NCBI GenBank assembly: GCA_963736115.1
Contig: CAVTNR010000026.1
Span: 1-36,256, forward strand
Direction: 5' to 3'
Length of the DNA: 36,256 nt
Origin: an uncultured bacterium
Lineage (GTDB): Bacteria; Zhuqueibacterota; QNDG01; DTFT01
Positions 8,138-17,625 of the stretch are shown here, one piece after another. Each line of letters starts with the position of its first letter. Position 1 is the first letter of the stretch. The position numbers were made by a program, and so were the translations under genes. The notes beneath the pieces are model-generated. The model saw nothing but the letters and a program-made list of their open reading frames with translations. It was not told where the DNA came from and searched no databases.

Positions 8138-10387
8138 TTATTCGCTTTTGCCTGCGTCCGGCTCATTCTCCGCCAGCAGGCGGTACAAGGCCGGATCGAG
8201 TTCCTCGATGCCGGTGATGCTGTGGAGATGGTTGACTGAAACCCACGGCAGCCAGAACCGGTGCCCCCCGACGCCGCGGCCGGACCGGCCCGGCCCCATG
8301 CGCCAGCCTTCCTGCTGCCAGCCGGCGCCTTTCATGCCATGCAGGCGCCCCGGAAGCGCGACCATTGATTTGGTGGCGTGCAGAAGAATCCTCGCCACAT
8401 CGAGGTAATGCGGGTCATTCGTGTAGCGATACAATTTCGCGTACGAGGGCGCGGACCAGTCCAGATACTCGTCCACACTGCCCGTGTTGAGGGCCGTGAT
8501 TCCCTGGACCCCGATAGTCGGCACTCCTTTTTTATAATGGAGACGGCCGTTGTCCGCGTCGAGCGGCATGGGCAGGTTCCAGATCCAGATCCAGGTTTCG
8601 GTGTAATCCGCGGCCGCTTTCGCGGCCTCCAGCCATGCGGCGTCCCGGGTCGATTCATAGAGGCTCAAAAAGGCCTCCAGGCTCAGCATGCCGGCTTCCT
8701 TGTCGGTGATATTCGGATTGTCGCTGGCGCCTCCGACGTAAAATCCCCGTTTCCCGAAGTTTTCCCATATATATTCCGCGGCGCGGACGGCTGATTGCGC
8801 ATACCGGGGATCACCTGTTTCTTCGGTCATCAGAACGAGCATCGGCACAGGGCAGTAACTCGCAGTTCCAGTCGGTTCCGCAACCTCGTCGCTTCCGGAT
8901 TTCCACAGCCTGGGAAAAGAACCGTCCTCCCTCTGCTGCAGGATGAGCCAATCCGCGTATTGCTTGACCCAGTTCAACCATTCCGGATGCTCCCGTCCCT
9001 GGCCGCGCTCCCTTCGGTACGCGCGCATCAGCACGGCCATGTCTTCCGTCGCGTTCCTGAGCCAGGGGGCGAGCCATTCCCCACGTTCGCCCGTCCAGGG
9101 TTTGCCCGTGGCCAGATCATAACCGGTCGCATGAAGCGGCACGGTCGGGAGAGCCCGGATCATGGACGCAATAATGGACAGCCCGATTTGACGCATCTTT
9201 TGCCCGCGGCCGGAGTTGTCGCGATCGCCTTCACGCAAAAGCTGATCAGCGCACTCGATGTTCTTGCTCACGAAGCCCATCGCGGCCATGGTCCAGTTCC
9301 ACTGGGGCGCGGCCGTGTCGAATGTGGCGACCGCGAACGGAATGGCGGTGCGTCCATCGATCGTCGCGGCCTGATCGGCCAGGTGATCGATCAGAACTCG
9401 GCGCATTTGTTCGACATCGATGGGAATGACCGCGGGCTTCAGCGTGTTCCAAGCCCATCGCCAGGCGTTCCGCGTCAGATCGCGGAACGATTCGTCCCGC
9501 CCGAATCGGAAGCGCACCTCATAACCGTGCGGTACGCCGGGTTCGATGGGATGAAACCGCCGTATCCATCGTTCCGGAGCGCCGGGGCCGAACGCGTACA
9601 GGTTCATCGTGCCGGGGAATCGGAACCCGAACTCGATGGGATGATCGTCTGTTTGCCGCGCCCCCATGGACCCGAATTGAAATCGGGCGTCGGTCATGAC
9701 GTTTTTCACGAGTTTCGTCTCTTCGACGGTCGATTCGCACCGCGGCGAGGGATCGAGCATGGCCACGGAGAACCCGTTGCTGAAAAGGAGCGCGAACAGA
9801 GGCGCGGGAAGAATGTCCTCGCGCATCAGGAACCGCCGGTTTGCATGGTTCATCGTGCCGCCCGGAGAGCGTTCCCCGTTGAAGGCGGGGTCCCCGTACA
9901 ACGCGCCCGGCGCCAGTGCATTCACGTCGGACCATCGGACGGACGAATCGGTCTCGAACACGACCGCCGTGTTGAAACCGCCCGGCGCAGCGCCCGTCAC
10001 TTCAACCTGCCGGAGCACCGTCAAAATCTCGTCTTTCAGGCTCCAGGAGTCCCGCACGTGAAATACGGCGTTCTCCCCGCACGCGATTTCAGCATCCGCA
10101 TCGATTCCGGATCGCGTTTTCCGTACCGTTGCGTATCCGGCCAGAATTTCGCGAATATCGTCCTCCGCGCCCAGGACTTCAATCCGTACGGGCTTTGCCT
10201 GCGTCAGGCGCGGCACTCCGCCTCCTGAGATTTCAATGCCCCATTCCCTGGAGTCAGCCTGCACGAACCTCACGGACGCACCGCCGGCAAGTTTTCCCAG
10301 CGTCACGCTATCGGCCGCCTGCCCGGCGACTGCACTGGAACCGATCACCAGCCCGATCACGAGACTGAACGATCGAACTCCGCTCAT
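8138..10387 (-). CDS. Secreted uncharacterised protein with probable (alpha/alpha)6-barrel, glycosidase-like C-terminal half
   Basis: AGGAG RBS before MSGVRSF (10387), signal peptide. Helical repeats such as WLILQQREDGSF, EETGDPRY..SA.RAA.Y, LYESTRDAAWLEAA, LYRYTNDPHYLD. Lies inside the CAZyme operon. Confidence 0.75.
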   Translation of the reverse strand: MSGVRSFSLVIGLVIGSSAVAGQAADSVTLGKLAGGASVRFVQADSREWGIEISGGGVPRLTQAKPVRIEVLGAEDDIREILAGYATVRKTRSGIDADAEIACGENAVFHVRDSWSLKDEILTVLRQVEVTGAAPGGFNTAVVFETDSSVRWSDVNALAPGALYGDPAFNGERSPGGTMNHANRRFLMREDILPAPLFALLFSNGFSVAMLDPSPRCESTVEETKLVKNVMTDARFQFGSMGARQTDDHPIEFGFRFPGTMNLYAFGPGAPERWIRRFHPIEPGVPHGYEVRFRFGRDESFRDLTRNAWRWAWNTLKPAVIPIDVEQMRRVLIDHLADQAATIDGRTAIPFAVATFDTAAPQWNWTMAAMGFVSKNIECADQLLREGDRDNSGRGQKMRQIGLSIIASMIRALPTVPLHATGYDLATGKPWTGERGEWLAPWLRNATEDMAVLMRAYRRERGQGREHPEWLNWVKQYADWLILQQREDGSFPRLWKSGSDEVAEPTGTASYCPVPMLVLMTEETGDPRYAQSAVRAAEYIWENFGKRGFYVGGASDNPNITDKEAGMLSLEAFLSLYESTRDAAWLEAAKAAADYTETWIWIWNLPMPLDADNGRLHYKKGVPTIGVQGITALNTGSVDEYLDWSAPSYAKLYRYTNDPHYLDVARILLHATKSMVALPGRLHGMKGAGWQQEGWRMGPGRSGRGVGGHRFWLPWVSVNHLHSITGIEELDPALYRLLAENEPDAGKSE

Positions 10388-10542
10388 GGCATGGACTCCT
10401 TTGTGATCAAGGAGAAAGGGGGAACGGAAGGCCCCGCGGCGTCGCCTTTGACCGGCAGGACGCGGAGCCTTCATCATTGTAATCGAGGACCGCTTCGGCA
10501 CCCGTCTGCCGGGTTCCATTCCACGGTTACCCCATATGGGGC

Positions 10543-13500
10543 TTAACGGTAATACCGGTTCGGGCCGCCCGGCGTGGGAACGCCGTTGGCCACCGGAGCC
10601 CCGCTTTCATGCTCCCGTGTCAGGGAGGTCCGGAGCGTGATGCCGCTTCCGGAAACCTGCGCTCCAACCGCATGACTGAAGGCAAGCGGCGTGCCGAAGG
10701 TGATTGTCGCGTCGATTGCCTTATTGTTGCCGAATGCGCGGCGTCCGCGGGTGACTGAGGCGATAACCGCAGTCTCACGGTTCGCTCCCGCGTCGATCAC
10801 GACCGTCTGGCCGGCCGTGAAACCTTCCACGCCCGCGACCGTGAGTACGGTCGCGCCCGCGTCAGCGGCTGCGGCCACTGAGGTGCCCCCGGCCGTTCCG
10901 ACCTCGGCGATGACCGCGGTCTCGCGGTTTTCGCCCGCGTCGATCACGATCGTCTGGCCCGCGGCGAAACGCTCCACTCCCGTGACTTTGATATTGTCCG
11001 CGCCTGCTCCCGCGGGTACTGCCAGGGAGGCGGAAGCGTGCACCAGAAAATCCGAGCAGTTGCTGTCCGTGTCGAGACCGTCCGGGAACCGGCCCGCGCT
11101 GACATGGGGATCACCGGCAGTGGGCATGCCCATCCCGAAAAAGCCGAATCGGGCCCTGCCCGCAACGGGAGCGGGCGCGAAACAGCCGTTCGCATCGGCC
11201 CCGGAAACGGCCTGATACCCCTCCGCGGCCCAGGGATCGACGAGACCGCCGTAGTTCTGGCTGTCGACCACCCGGCCGGCTGCGTCGACCAGCACCATGA
11301 CGCCGGCCCTGACGCCGAGCGCGGGCCCGCCGAACCACTGGTCCGGCGCCGGAGTTCCCTGGTACCCCGCGGTCGTGACCTTAACGTCACGGAACACAGC
11401 ATGGATGTCGTGGCCCCAAGCCAGGGGTTGATCGAGTGTGATGACTGTGCCGAGCGCCAGTACTGGCTCATTGCTCGAATGGTCAAATGCCGTCGCCGGC
11501 TCGAACTGGATTCCCGTCCCGCGTACGCTGAAAGGCATGTTGGATGCATGGTTGAATTTCAGCGGTTCCGCCAGATCGAGCCCAGTTCCCGGATCGTCCT
11601 TTTCCGTCAAGGGACCGTCGAATGTGCTGCGGGACGACTGCGTGCCCACGGCCTTGACCGTGACGGTCTCGATACCGTGCCCCTCGCTGTCGATGTCCAA
11701 GCGGATCCTGTCGCCGACCGAGATATTTTCAACGGAAGAGACCTTGATGTTCGAGTCGCCTGCTTTCGCGTCCATTGAAAGCCAGGCCTGGGTGCCCGGC
11801 TTGCCGACCTGCGTGATCGTGACCACTTCGTATTTCTCGATGGTTTGCGATACTGTGGGGTAGGTCGCGCCATACCCGATGGCCATCTTCTGACCGGCCT
11901 CAAAACCAGCAACACTCGTGACCGGCACGCAGGTCGAACCTGCGGGGATCGCGATCACCGGACCGTCCGGAAGAGGCTGCCACACAGTCGTCTGACCGCG
12001 GACTTCACCGCGTCTGCTGAAACCGCCGCGGCCCGGGGCGCTTGCATCCGCAGGCGGATTCCGGATACCTGCGATGGTCCGCTTTTCCGATGAGGAACCC
12101 GAGCCGATTTCGATCGGATCACCTATCGACATGCCGGCCGTGCTCCGGACATAGACGACGGATTCGCCTTTTTCCGCGGGCACCGCCAGCCCGGAGTTGG
12201 AAAGGCCGAGCAGGTAGAAGCCCCGAGGCCCGAGTTTTGTCCCGGCCGGGATCCGGATCGATGAAAATACCGCTTCCTGCGTCGGATGATGGGTCAGGCT
12301 CCATCCGGACAGGTCGACGGTCTCTATGCCGGCATTGTGGAGTTCGATGAACGAATTCGTCGTATTGCCGGGGGATCCGTCGCTGATGCGGAATTCGTTG
12401 ATCTTGACCGGGCTGACATTGCGCACTTTTTCAACGGTTGTCTCGGATTGCTTACGGCCGTCCTCCGGGTTCTTCCACGAGGCCTTGCCGACCAGATCGC
12501 CGTTGAAGGGTTCCGGTCCGGAGGTCACTTTGAAGGTGGCGTCCACGGTCACGCCCGGCGCGATCGGATCAGCGAACTTCCGGATATCGTCCTTGGAGTC
12601 TATGACCGCGGATCTCCATCCCTTGGGCGCGGCGACGCTCAAGGCGAGGCCGCTCACGGCCGCGCCCGTGGTATTCGTAAAAGTCACGGTGATGTTCTTC
12701 GAAGATCGCGGAGAGAATGTCTGGAGCCCCGGCGGAGCGTCAACAGCCGAGGCCGGCGCCATGCGCAACCGCCGCACATCGTACCGTGCGGCTACAATGT
12801 TGGCCTGCACCTTTTGGTTGGTTTCCTGCGTCGGGAAAGTGCCCGGTGCCGTCATGGCGGCTTCGTAGAAGGTGCCCTGCGAACCGTTGCTGTTGTCGCC
12901 GCCGTTGCCCAGGAGTATGGCGCCCTGCTTGCGCATCGGGTCATAACTGCTCCTGTCATTGATGACGCGCGGTCCGTCGAACATCACCTGCAGGCCGCCC
13001 TTCTGGCCGTCTCCCCCCATGGATCTCCAGTGGTGCGGTTCTCCGTCGGCAGTCGCGGTCACAAAGCGCCAGGGGATGCTCGGCAGGTCCGGGCAGTATT
13101 TGTCATTGGGAGAGGGGTTGACGCATCCGACCAGATTGTTCTCCTGATCGGTCATGATCCACGGGCCCGGAGCCTGGCCGTGATACCACCAGGACGCGTT
13201 TCCGAAATAGGTGGTTTCCATGGTGCCGTCGCCGTCGTCTCGGCTGTCCGTCTCCGCGTTGCCGTAGTCAAAGCAGCAACCGGAGTTATAATGCAAGCCG
13301 TCCACGACCCAGTACTGCCCTTCGGCCTGGTCGTCGACCGCGGTGCCCCGGGCGTCGTTCCAGCGAAGCCCCATGCCCGGTTCGATGAACACGCCGTAGG
13401 CCTTGCGGCCCATGATCGTGATCGGCGCCATATCCGCGAGCGGAATGTTGTTGAATCCGCCCATAGCCGGGCCGCTGAACCCGCCGCGGGGCGCCTGCAC

Positions 13501-13884
13501 GAGATGGTTAGCCTTGCCGGACTGGTCGTACACGGTGGTGATCCAGCACACCGTGTTGGCGCAGAACGCGTCCTGACGCGCCGCGTCCGCGTAACCGCCC
13601 GCATCCCCTTCGGAAGGCTGGACGACGCCGATGTCCAGGGTCCTGCCGTCCGACTGACGCATGACCTGATACAACGGGCCGTTGTATGAGGCGTACAGAC
13701 TGCGCGTGGTGCTGTGGGCTGCCACGCAGGGGCAGCCGTCCGCGGCATAGACGTCACAGGGGCCTTCCGGCCTGGGAGGGACCGGATTGGATCCCGCTCG
13801 GGACGGCGCCGACCCCGTCAGCAGGACAGCGGGCATCAGGAACGCCAGCGTTAATAATGCCGACAGACCGCGTTTCTTTTTCAT
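10543..13884 (-). CDS. GH54 alpha-L-arabinofuranosidase B catalytic domain + NEW3-like Ig domain + lamin-tail domain with inserted repeats
   Basis: GPCDVY...PCVAAHSTTRSLY, SGCCFDYGNAE, DQENNL, KQGAILLGNGGDNS.GSQGTFYE (GH54); VKINEF...FIELHN...VDLSGWSL...PTPG.PN (LTD). AAGGAG RBS before MKKKRGL (13884). Confidence 0.92.
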   Translation of the reverse strand: MKKKRGLSALLTLAFLMPAVLLTGSAPSRAGSNPVPPRPEGPCDVYAADGCPCVAAHSTTRSLYASYNGPLYQVMRQSDGRTLDIGVVQPSEGDAGGYADAARQDAFCANTVCWITTVYDQSGKANHLVQAPRGGFSGPAMGGFNNIPLADMAPITIMGRKAYGVFIEPGMGLRWNDARGTAVDDQAEGQYWVVDGLHYNSGCCFDYGNAETDSRDDGDGTMETTYFGNASWWYHGQAPGPWIMTDQENNLVGCVNPSPNDKYCPDLPSIPWRFVTATADGEPHHWRSMGGDGQKGGLQVMFDGPRVINDRSSYDPMRKQGAILLGNGGDNSNGSQGTFYEAAMTAPGTFPTQETNQKVQANIVAARYDVRRLRMAPASAVDAPPGLQTFSPRSSKNITVTFTNTTGAAVSGLALSVAAPKGWRSAVIDSKDDIRKFADPIAPGVTVDATFKVTSGPEPFNGDLVGKASWKNPEDGRKQSETTVEKVRNVSPVKINEFRISDGSPGNTTNSFIELHNAGIETVDLSGWSLTHHPTQEAVFSSIRIPAGTKLGPRGFYLLGLSNSGLAVPAEKGESVVYVRSTAGMSIGDPIEIGSGSSSEKRTIAGIRNPPADASAPGRGGFSRRGEVRGQTTVWQPLPDGPVIAIPAGSTCVPVTSVAGFEAGQKMAIGYGATYPTVSQTIEKYEVVTITQVGKPGTQAWLSMDAKAGDSNIKVSSVENISVGDRIRLDIDSEGHGIETVTVKAVGTQSSRSTFDGPLTEKDDPGTGLDLAEPLKFNHASNMPFSVRGTGIQFEPATAFDHSSNEPVLALGTVITLDQPLAWGHDIHAVFRDVKVTTAGYQGTPAPDQWFGGPALGVRAGVMVLVDAAGRVVDSQNYGGLVDPWAAEGYQAVSGADANGCFAPAPVAGRARFGFFGMGMPTAGDPHVSAGRFPDGLDTDSNCSDFLVHASASLAVPAGAGADNIKVTGVERFAAGQTIVIDAGENRETAVIAEVGTAGGTSVAAAADAGATVLTVAGVEGFTAGQTVVIDAGANRETAVIASVTRGRRAFGNNKAIDATITFGTPLAFSHAVGAQVSGSGITLRTSLTREHESGAPVANGVPTPGGPNRYYR

Positions 13885-14412
13885 GTGGATTCTCCTTATT
13901 ATAAGTAACGCTTCGGTCCGCCGACCCTGCGGGATTCGGGGTCCTATTTTCCATGAAGGCCGGAGATTGGATGAAAATCCATTGAATGTCATTTACGATC
14001 GGTTTATCGACAGCAGAAAAATTAGCGTTGTCCGGGGAAAGCGATCCGATGAAGAAAATCCGGAACCGCGGGGTCGGAGAAAACCGGAAGCTCGATACGA
14101 ATATCCGGGCGATTGAATATCTCCACAGTCCCGCGAGCGGTAACTATATATAAATATAACCGTATTTTCTGATAAATAAAACAGGTATGACAAAATATTA
14201 CGAACTGTTAAGTAAGCGACTGACCGATCATCTTCCGCCGGCCTTCAGACCCGTATGATTTTCATCAAAAGGACACCGGGGTCCGCGGTGTGAGCTTCAC
14301 CACCGATCCCGATAGCCCCGGGGTTGCCCCCGGGGCGTAGTGCGGAAATCCTCCCGTTTTATCCGTGAAAATCCGTCCCATCCGCGCCTTCGGCGTACGT
14401 GTGCCATTTCTC

Positions 14413-17400
14413 CTACGCCCCCAGCATCCGCATCCTCCCGGCATGACCTTCGAGCACGGGCTGGCCCTTGCGCCGGGTATCGAGAAAGGCCATCTCCTCC
14501 ACGTGCAAAGTGTAACTGCCGAACTCCTCCCCCACCTTGCCGGTCAAGATGTACGGCCGGGTCTGGGTCCAGGTCGCGCAGAATTTCCGGAACGGCTCGG
14601 GGAACACCACGGTCTCGTACAGAGCCGTCGTGTCCTCGAAACTGATGAAAGACATCGGCTCTTCGCTCCGCGTGTACACCATCTTGTTCGTCACCCACCA
14701 TCCGATCATGGTCACGCGTCTGCCCGCGTATTTCCTCATGTCCTTCGCGGGAACATAGTTCAGCCCGGCCAGGCAGTCTCGGTACAGTTCGAGCGGGTGC
14801 ACGGAAAGCGGGAACCCCAGCACCTCCACTTCGTGGAACAGCAGGGTCCGGAAATCGTAGTCCCCCAGCCTGGGGATGACCAGTGCCTCGTCGTCGGAGA
14901 GGTCGAGCTCGGACTGGCAATAGGACGGCCGGCTCTGAGGCTCGGTTCCTGAACCAGCATCGGAGGGCAGAGCCCCGCGTGTATTACGACCCAGGGCAGA
15001 GACCTGGGTCGATCGGGATCTGCCATTGGACCGGGGCGATACCGGCCTCCCCCTCTCCTGCATCGCGCCCGCGACCATCTGCCACAGCAGTTCCGCCCGG
15101 CTCCTTCCCCGCGTGATGGAATCGAAGCACCCGGCCTTGATCAGAATGCGGCCGTCCGAGGGGTCGAGCCGCACCCTGCGGAGAAAATCCTCGAAAGACC
15201 TGAACGGCCCGCCGCTCTCCCTGACGGCCAGGACGGTGTCGAGCGCCTTCCCCTTCAAACCGACGAGCTGCATCAGCCCGACGCGCAGATCGCGGCCCGA
15301 TCCCGTGTAATGCGCCTCGCTGGCATTGATGTCGGGCGGCAGGACGCGGATGCCCATGCGCCGCGCCTCGGAGAGGTACGCGAAAGCGGAGTAATACCCG
15401 CCCTGGTTCGAGATCACGGCCGCCATGAACTCGGCCGGGTAATGCGCGCGCAGATAAGCGGACTGAAAGGACACCAGCGCGTAGGACGCGGAATGCGGCT
15501 TGCAGAAGCTGTAGCCCGAAAAACTCAGTATCATCTCCCAGACTTTTTCGATCACCTCGGCGGACACGCCTTTTTCCGATGCGCCGGCCGCGAAAGCCCC
15601 GCGGTACTCGGCCATGCGTTTCGCGTTCCGCTTCTTGGACAGGGTTTTGCGCAGGCCGTCGCCCTCCTCGGCCGAAAACCCGGCCAGCTCCATGGCGACC
15701 TTGGTCACGTCCTCCTGGTACACCATGATGCCGTAGGTTTCGCCGAGCACGCGTCCGAGCACCGGGTGGAGCGGCTCATACGGCTCGCCCCGGAGCCTGC
15801 GGATGTATTCGTTGATGAACGTGTTCGCTGCAGGCCTTATGATCGAGCTGTGGATCACGAGGTGTTCGTAGTCGCCCTTTCCCGTCTTTTTCTGCAGCTG
15901 GCGCATGGCCGGGGATTCGATGTAAAAAACGCCCAGCGTGTCGCCCCTCGCGATCAGATCCAGGGTTTCCGGATCGTCGATGGGCGAGAAGGTCTCGTAC
16001 GCGATGAGCCGGCCGGTGTTCCGGCGCACGGCAGCCAATGCGTCTCGGATCACGGCCAGGGACCGGTTTCCCAGCAGGTCGATCTTCACCAGGCCCGCGT
16101 CCTCGGTCTGGTCCTTTTCCCACTGCACGATTCGCACACCCTTGGGCGCGTTCTCCACGGCTATGTGTTTCAGAATGCCGTCGGGCGCCACCACCACGCC
16201 GCCGCAGTGCACGGACAGGTGCCGCGGCACGCCCTGGAGCCGCGAGGCGCGGGACAGGATCTCGGGCCAGGGCGGCTGGAGGTCGAGCCCCTTGAACAGC
16301 GGATGCGTGGCGATCACGTCCTCCACGGAATCAACGCCCCAGAACCAGAGATGCGACAGCCGGTCGGTCACGGTCTTGATCTCCGCGTCCGGCAGGCCGT
16401 ACACCTTGGCTGTCTCGCGCACGGCCGCGCGGAGCTGAAACCCCGCGTGGTTCGCCACCATGGCCGAACGCTCCGGCCCGTACTTTTCGAACACGTAGTC
16501 GAGCACGCCGTCCCGCTCGTCCCAGGGAAAGTCCACGTCTATGTCGGGCGGGTCCTTGCGTCCCGGGTTCAGAAAGCGCTCGAAGAAGAGGTTGTGGCGG
16601 ATGGGATCCACCTGGGTGATGCCGAGGCTGTACGACACCAGGCTCGCGGCCGCGGATCCACGGCCGCAGGTGCGCGGCGCGCGCGCCACGATGTCCTCAA
16701 CGATGAGGAAGACCGAGGCGAAGCCCTTGCGGCCGATGATGTCGAGTTCGTAATCGAGCCGCTTCAGGGCCTCTTCCGTCACGCGGCCGTAGCGACGCTT
16801 GAGTCCGGCAAGGCATTTTTCGCGGAGATGCCGGAGAGTTTCATCGGCCGTCATGCCGTCGAACTCCTCCGGGAGCGCGAGGCTGAAATCAGGGCGGAAA
16901 CGGCACGCGTCCGCAAGCACCGCCGCGTTTTCGAGCGCCTCCGGAACGTCGGGGAACAGGCGGGCCATATGCTCCTGCGGCATGAGCCAGGCGGACTCGG
17001 GCGCGACCTCGGCGGCCGGGAGGCGGGAGAATTTGGCGTTCAGATCTATTGCGCGCAGCAGGCGGTGAAAGTCCCGGTCCGCGGGTTCGGCGAAATACAC
17101 GCCCGCAGTCGCGACCGCTTTCACGCCCGCGCCCCTGGCGAATGCCAGCACCGGCCGCCAGGGCCGTCCGGCGGCCAGCTCCGCGTACAGGTGCGGCCTT
17201 CCCTTCAGGCCGGACAGGAGCGGGATGGAGTCGGTCAGCACCGCGAGCCCTTCGGACTTTTCCAGCAGGGCCTTGCGGAGGGTGAATCCCTGCTCCGTGT
17301 GCACAGCGGTCAGAATGCGGCAAAGGTTTTCGTAGCCCTCTTTGGATCGGACGAGAAGCACGGCACGGCCGTCGGTTGCGACCGCCTCCGCGCCGACGAT

Positions 17401-17583
17401 CGGACGTATGCCGGCCTCGTCCGCGGACTGGATGAAGAACACGAGCCCGTACAGGCCGTTCGTGTCCGTGAGCGCCAGGCTGTCCATGCCGGCCGCTTTC
17501 GCCCTGCGGCACAGCTCGTCCGGCCCCGCCGTTCCCCGCATCATGGAAAAATAACTGTGGACGTGCAAGTGGGTGAAAGGCAT
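14413..17583 (-). CDS. dnaE2: Error-prone DNA polymerase III alpha subunit (DnaE2)
   Basis: PHP domain HLHVHS..S, RGSAAASLV, FERFLNP.R.DPPDIDVDF, KIDLLG, F.GYSFCKPHSASYA, C-terminal OB fold. Downstream of lexA and an imuB-like gene. Confidence 0.93.
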   Translation of the reverse strand: MPFTHLHVHSYFSMMRGTAGPDELCRRAKAAGMDSLALTDTNGLYGLVFFIQSADEAGIRPIVGAEAVATDGRAVLLVRSKEGYENLCRILTAVHTEQGFTLRKALLEKSEGLAVLTDSIPLLSGLKGRPHLYAELAAGRPWRPVLAFARGAGVKAVATAGVYFAEPADRDFHRLLRAIDLNAKFSRLPAAEVAPESAWLMPQEHMARLFPDVPEALENAAVLADACRFRPDFSLALPEEFDGMTADETLRHLREKCLAGLKRRYGRVTEEALKRLDYELDIIGRKGFASVFLIVEDIVARAPRTCGRGSAAASLVSYSLGITQVDPIRHNLFFERFLNPGRKDPPDIDVDFPWDERDGVLDYVFEKYGPERSAMVANHAGFQLRAAVRETAKVYGLPDAEIKTVTDRLSHLWFWGVDSVEDVIATHPLFKGLDLQPPWPEILSRASRLQGVPRHLSVHCGGVVVAPDGILKHIAVENAPKGVRIVQWEKDQTEDAGLVKIDLLGNRSLAVIRDALAAVRRNTGRLIAYETFSPIDDPETLDLIARGDTLGVFYIESPAMRQLQKKTGKGDYEHLVIHSSIIRPAANTFINEYIRRLRGEPYEPLHPVLGRVLGETYGIMVYQEDVTKVAMELAGFSAEEGDGLRKTLSKKRNAKRMAEYRGAFAAGASEKGVSAEVIEKVWEMILSFSGYSFCKPHSASYALVSFQSAYLRAHYPAEFMAAVISNQGGYYSAFAYLSEARRMGIRVLPPDINASEAHYTGSGRDLRVGLMQLVGLKGKALDTVLAVRESGGPFRSFEDFLRRVRLDPSDGRILIKAGCFDSITRGRSRAELLWQMVAGAMQERGRPVSPRSNGRSRSTQVSALGRNTRGALPSDAGSGTEPQSRPSYCQSELDLSDDEALVIPRLGDYDFRTLLFHEVEVLGFPLSVHPLELYRDCLAGLNYVPAKDMRKYAGRRVTMIGWWVTNKMVYTRSEEPMSFISFEDTTALYETVVFPEPFRKFCATWTQTRPYILTGKVGEEFGSYTLHVEEMAFLDTRRKGQPVLEGHAGRMRMLGA

Positions 17584-17597
17584 AAAAATTGTTCCAA

Positions 17598-17625
17598 ATT
17601 ATAAATTATGTATAAGGTATGTCAT
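17598..17625 (-). promoter_or_regulatory. Putative sigma70 promoter of dnaE2
   Basis: Minus strand ATGACA (17625-17620), 16 bp, TATAAT (17603-17598). The -35 lies inside the REP-like repeat end. Confidence 0.5.

Noticed and set aside
10388-10519. N-terminal extensions called for ORF 8138-10519 (and similarly 10543-13992, 27906, 29039, 33161)
   Set aside because: Downstream starts have better RBSs, signal peptides or stop-start overlaps.
13890-14260. Riboswitch or sugar-regulator operator upstream of the GH54 operon
   Set aside because: An AT-rich promoter-like patch is present, but I could not identify a known aptamer or a convincing palindrome.
1341-17604. Long plus-strand ORFs (e.g. 1341-2948, 6378-7904, 8795-10228, 12286-13689, 15310-17604)
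   Set aside because: Antisense shadows of well-supported minus-strand genes in GC-rich DNA, with no recognisable motifs.
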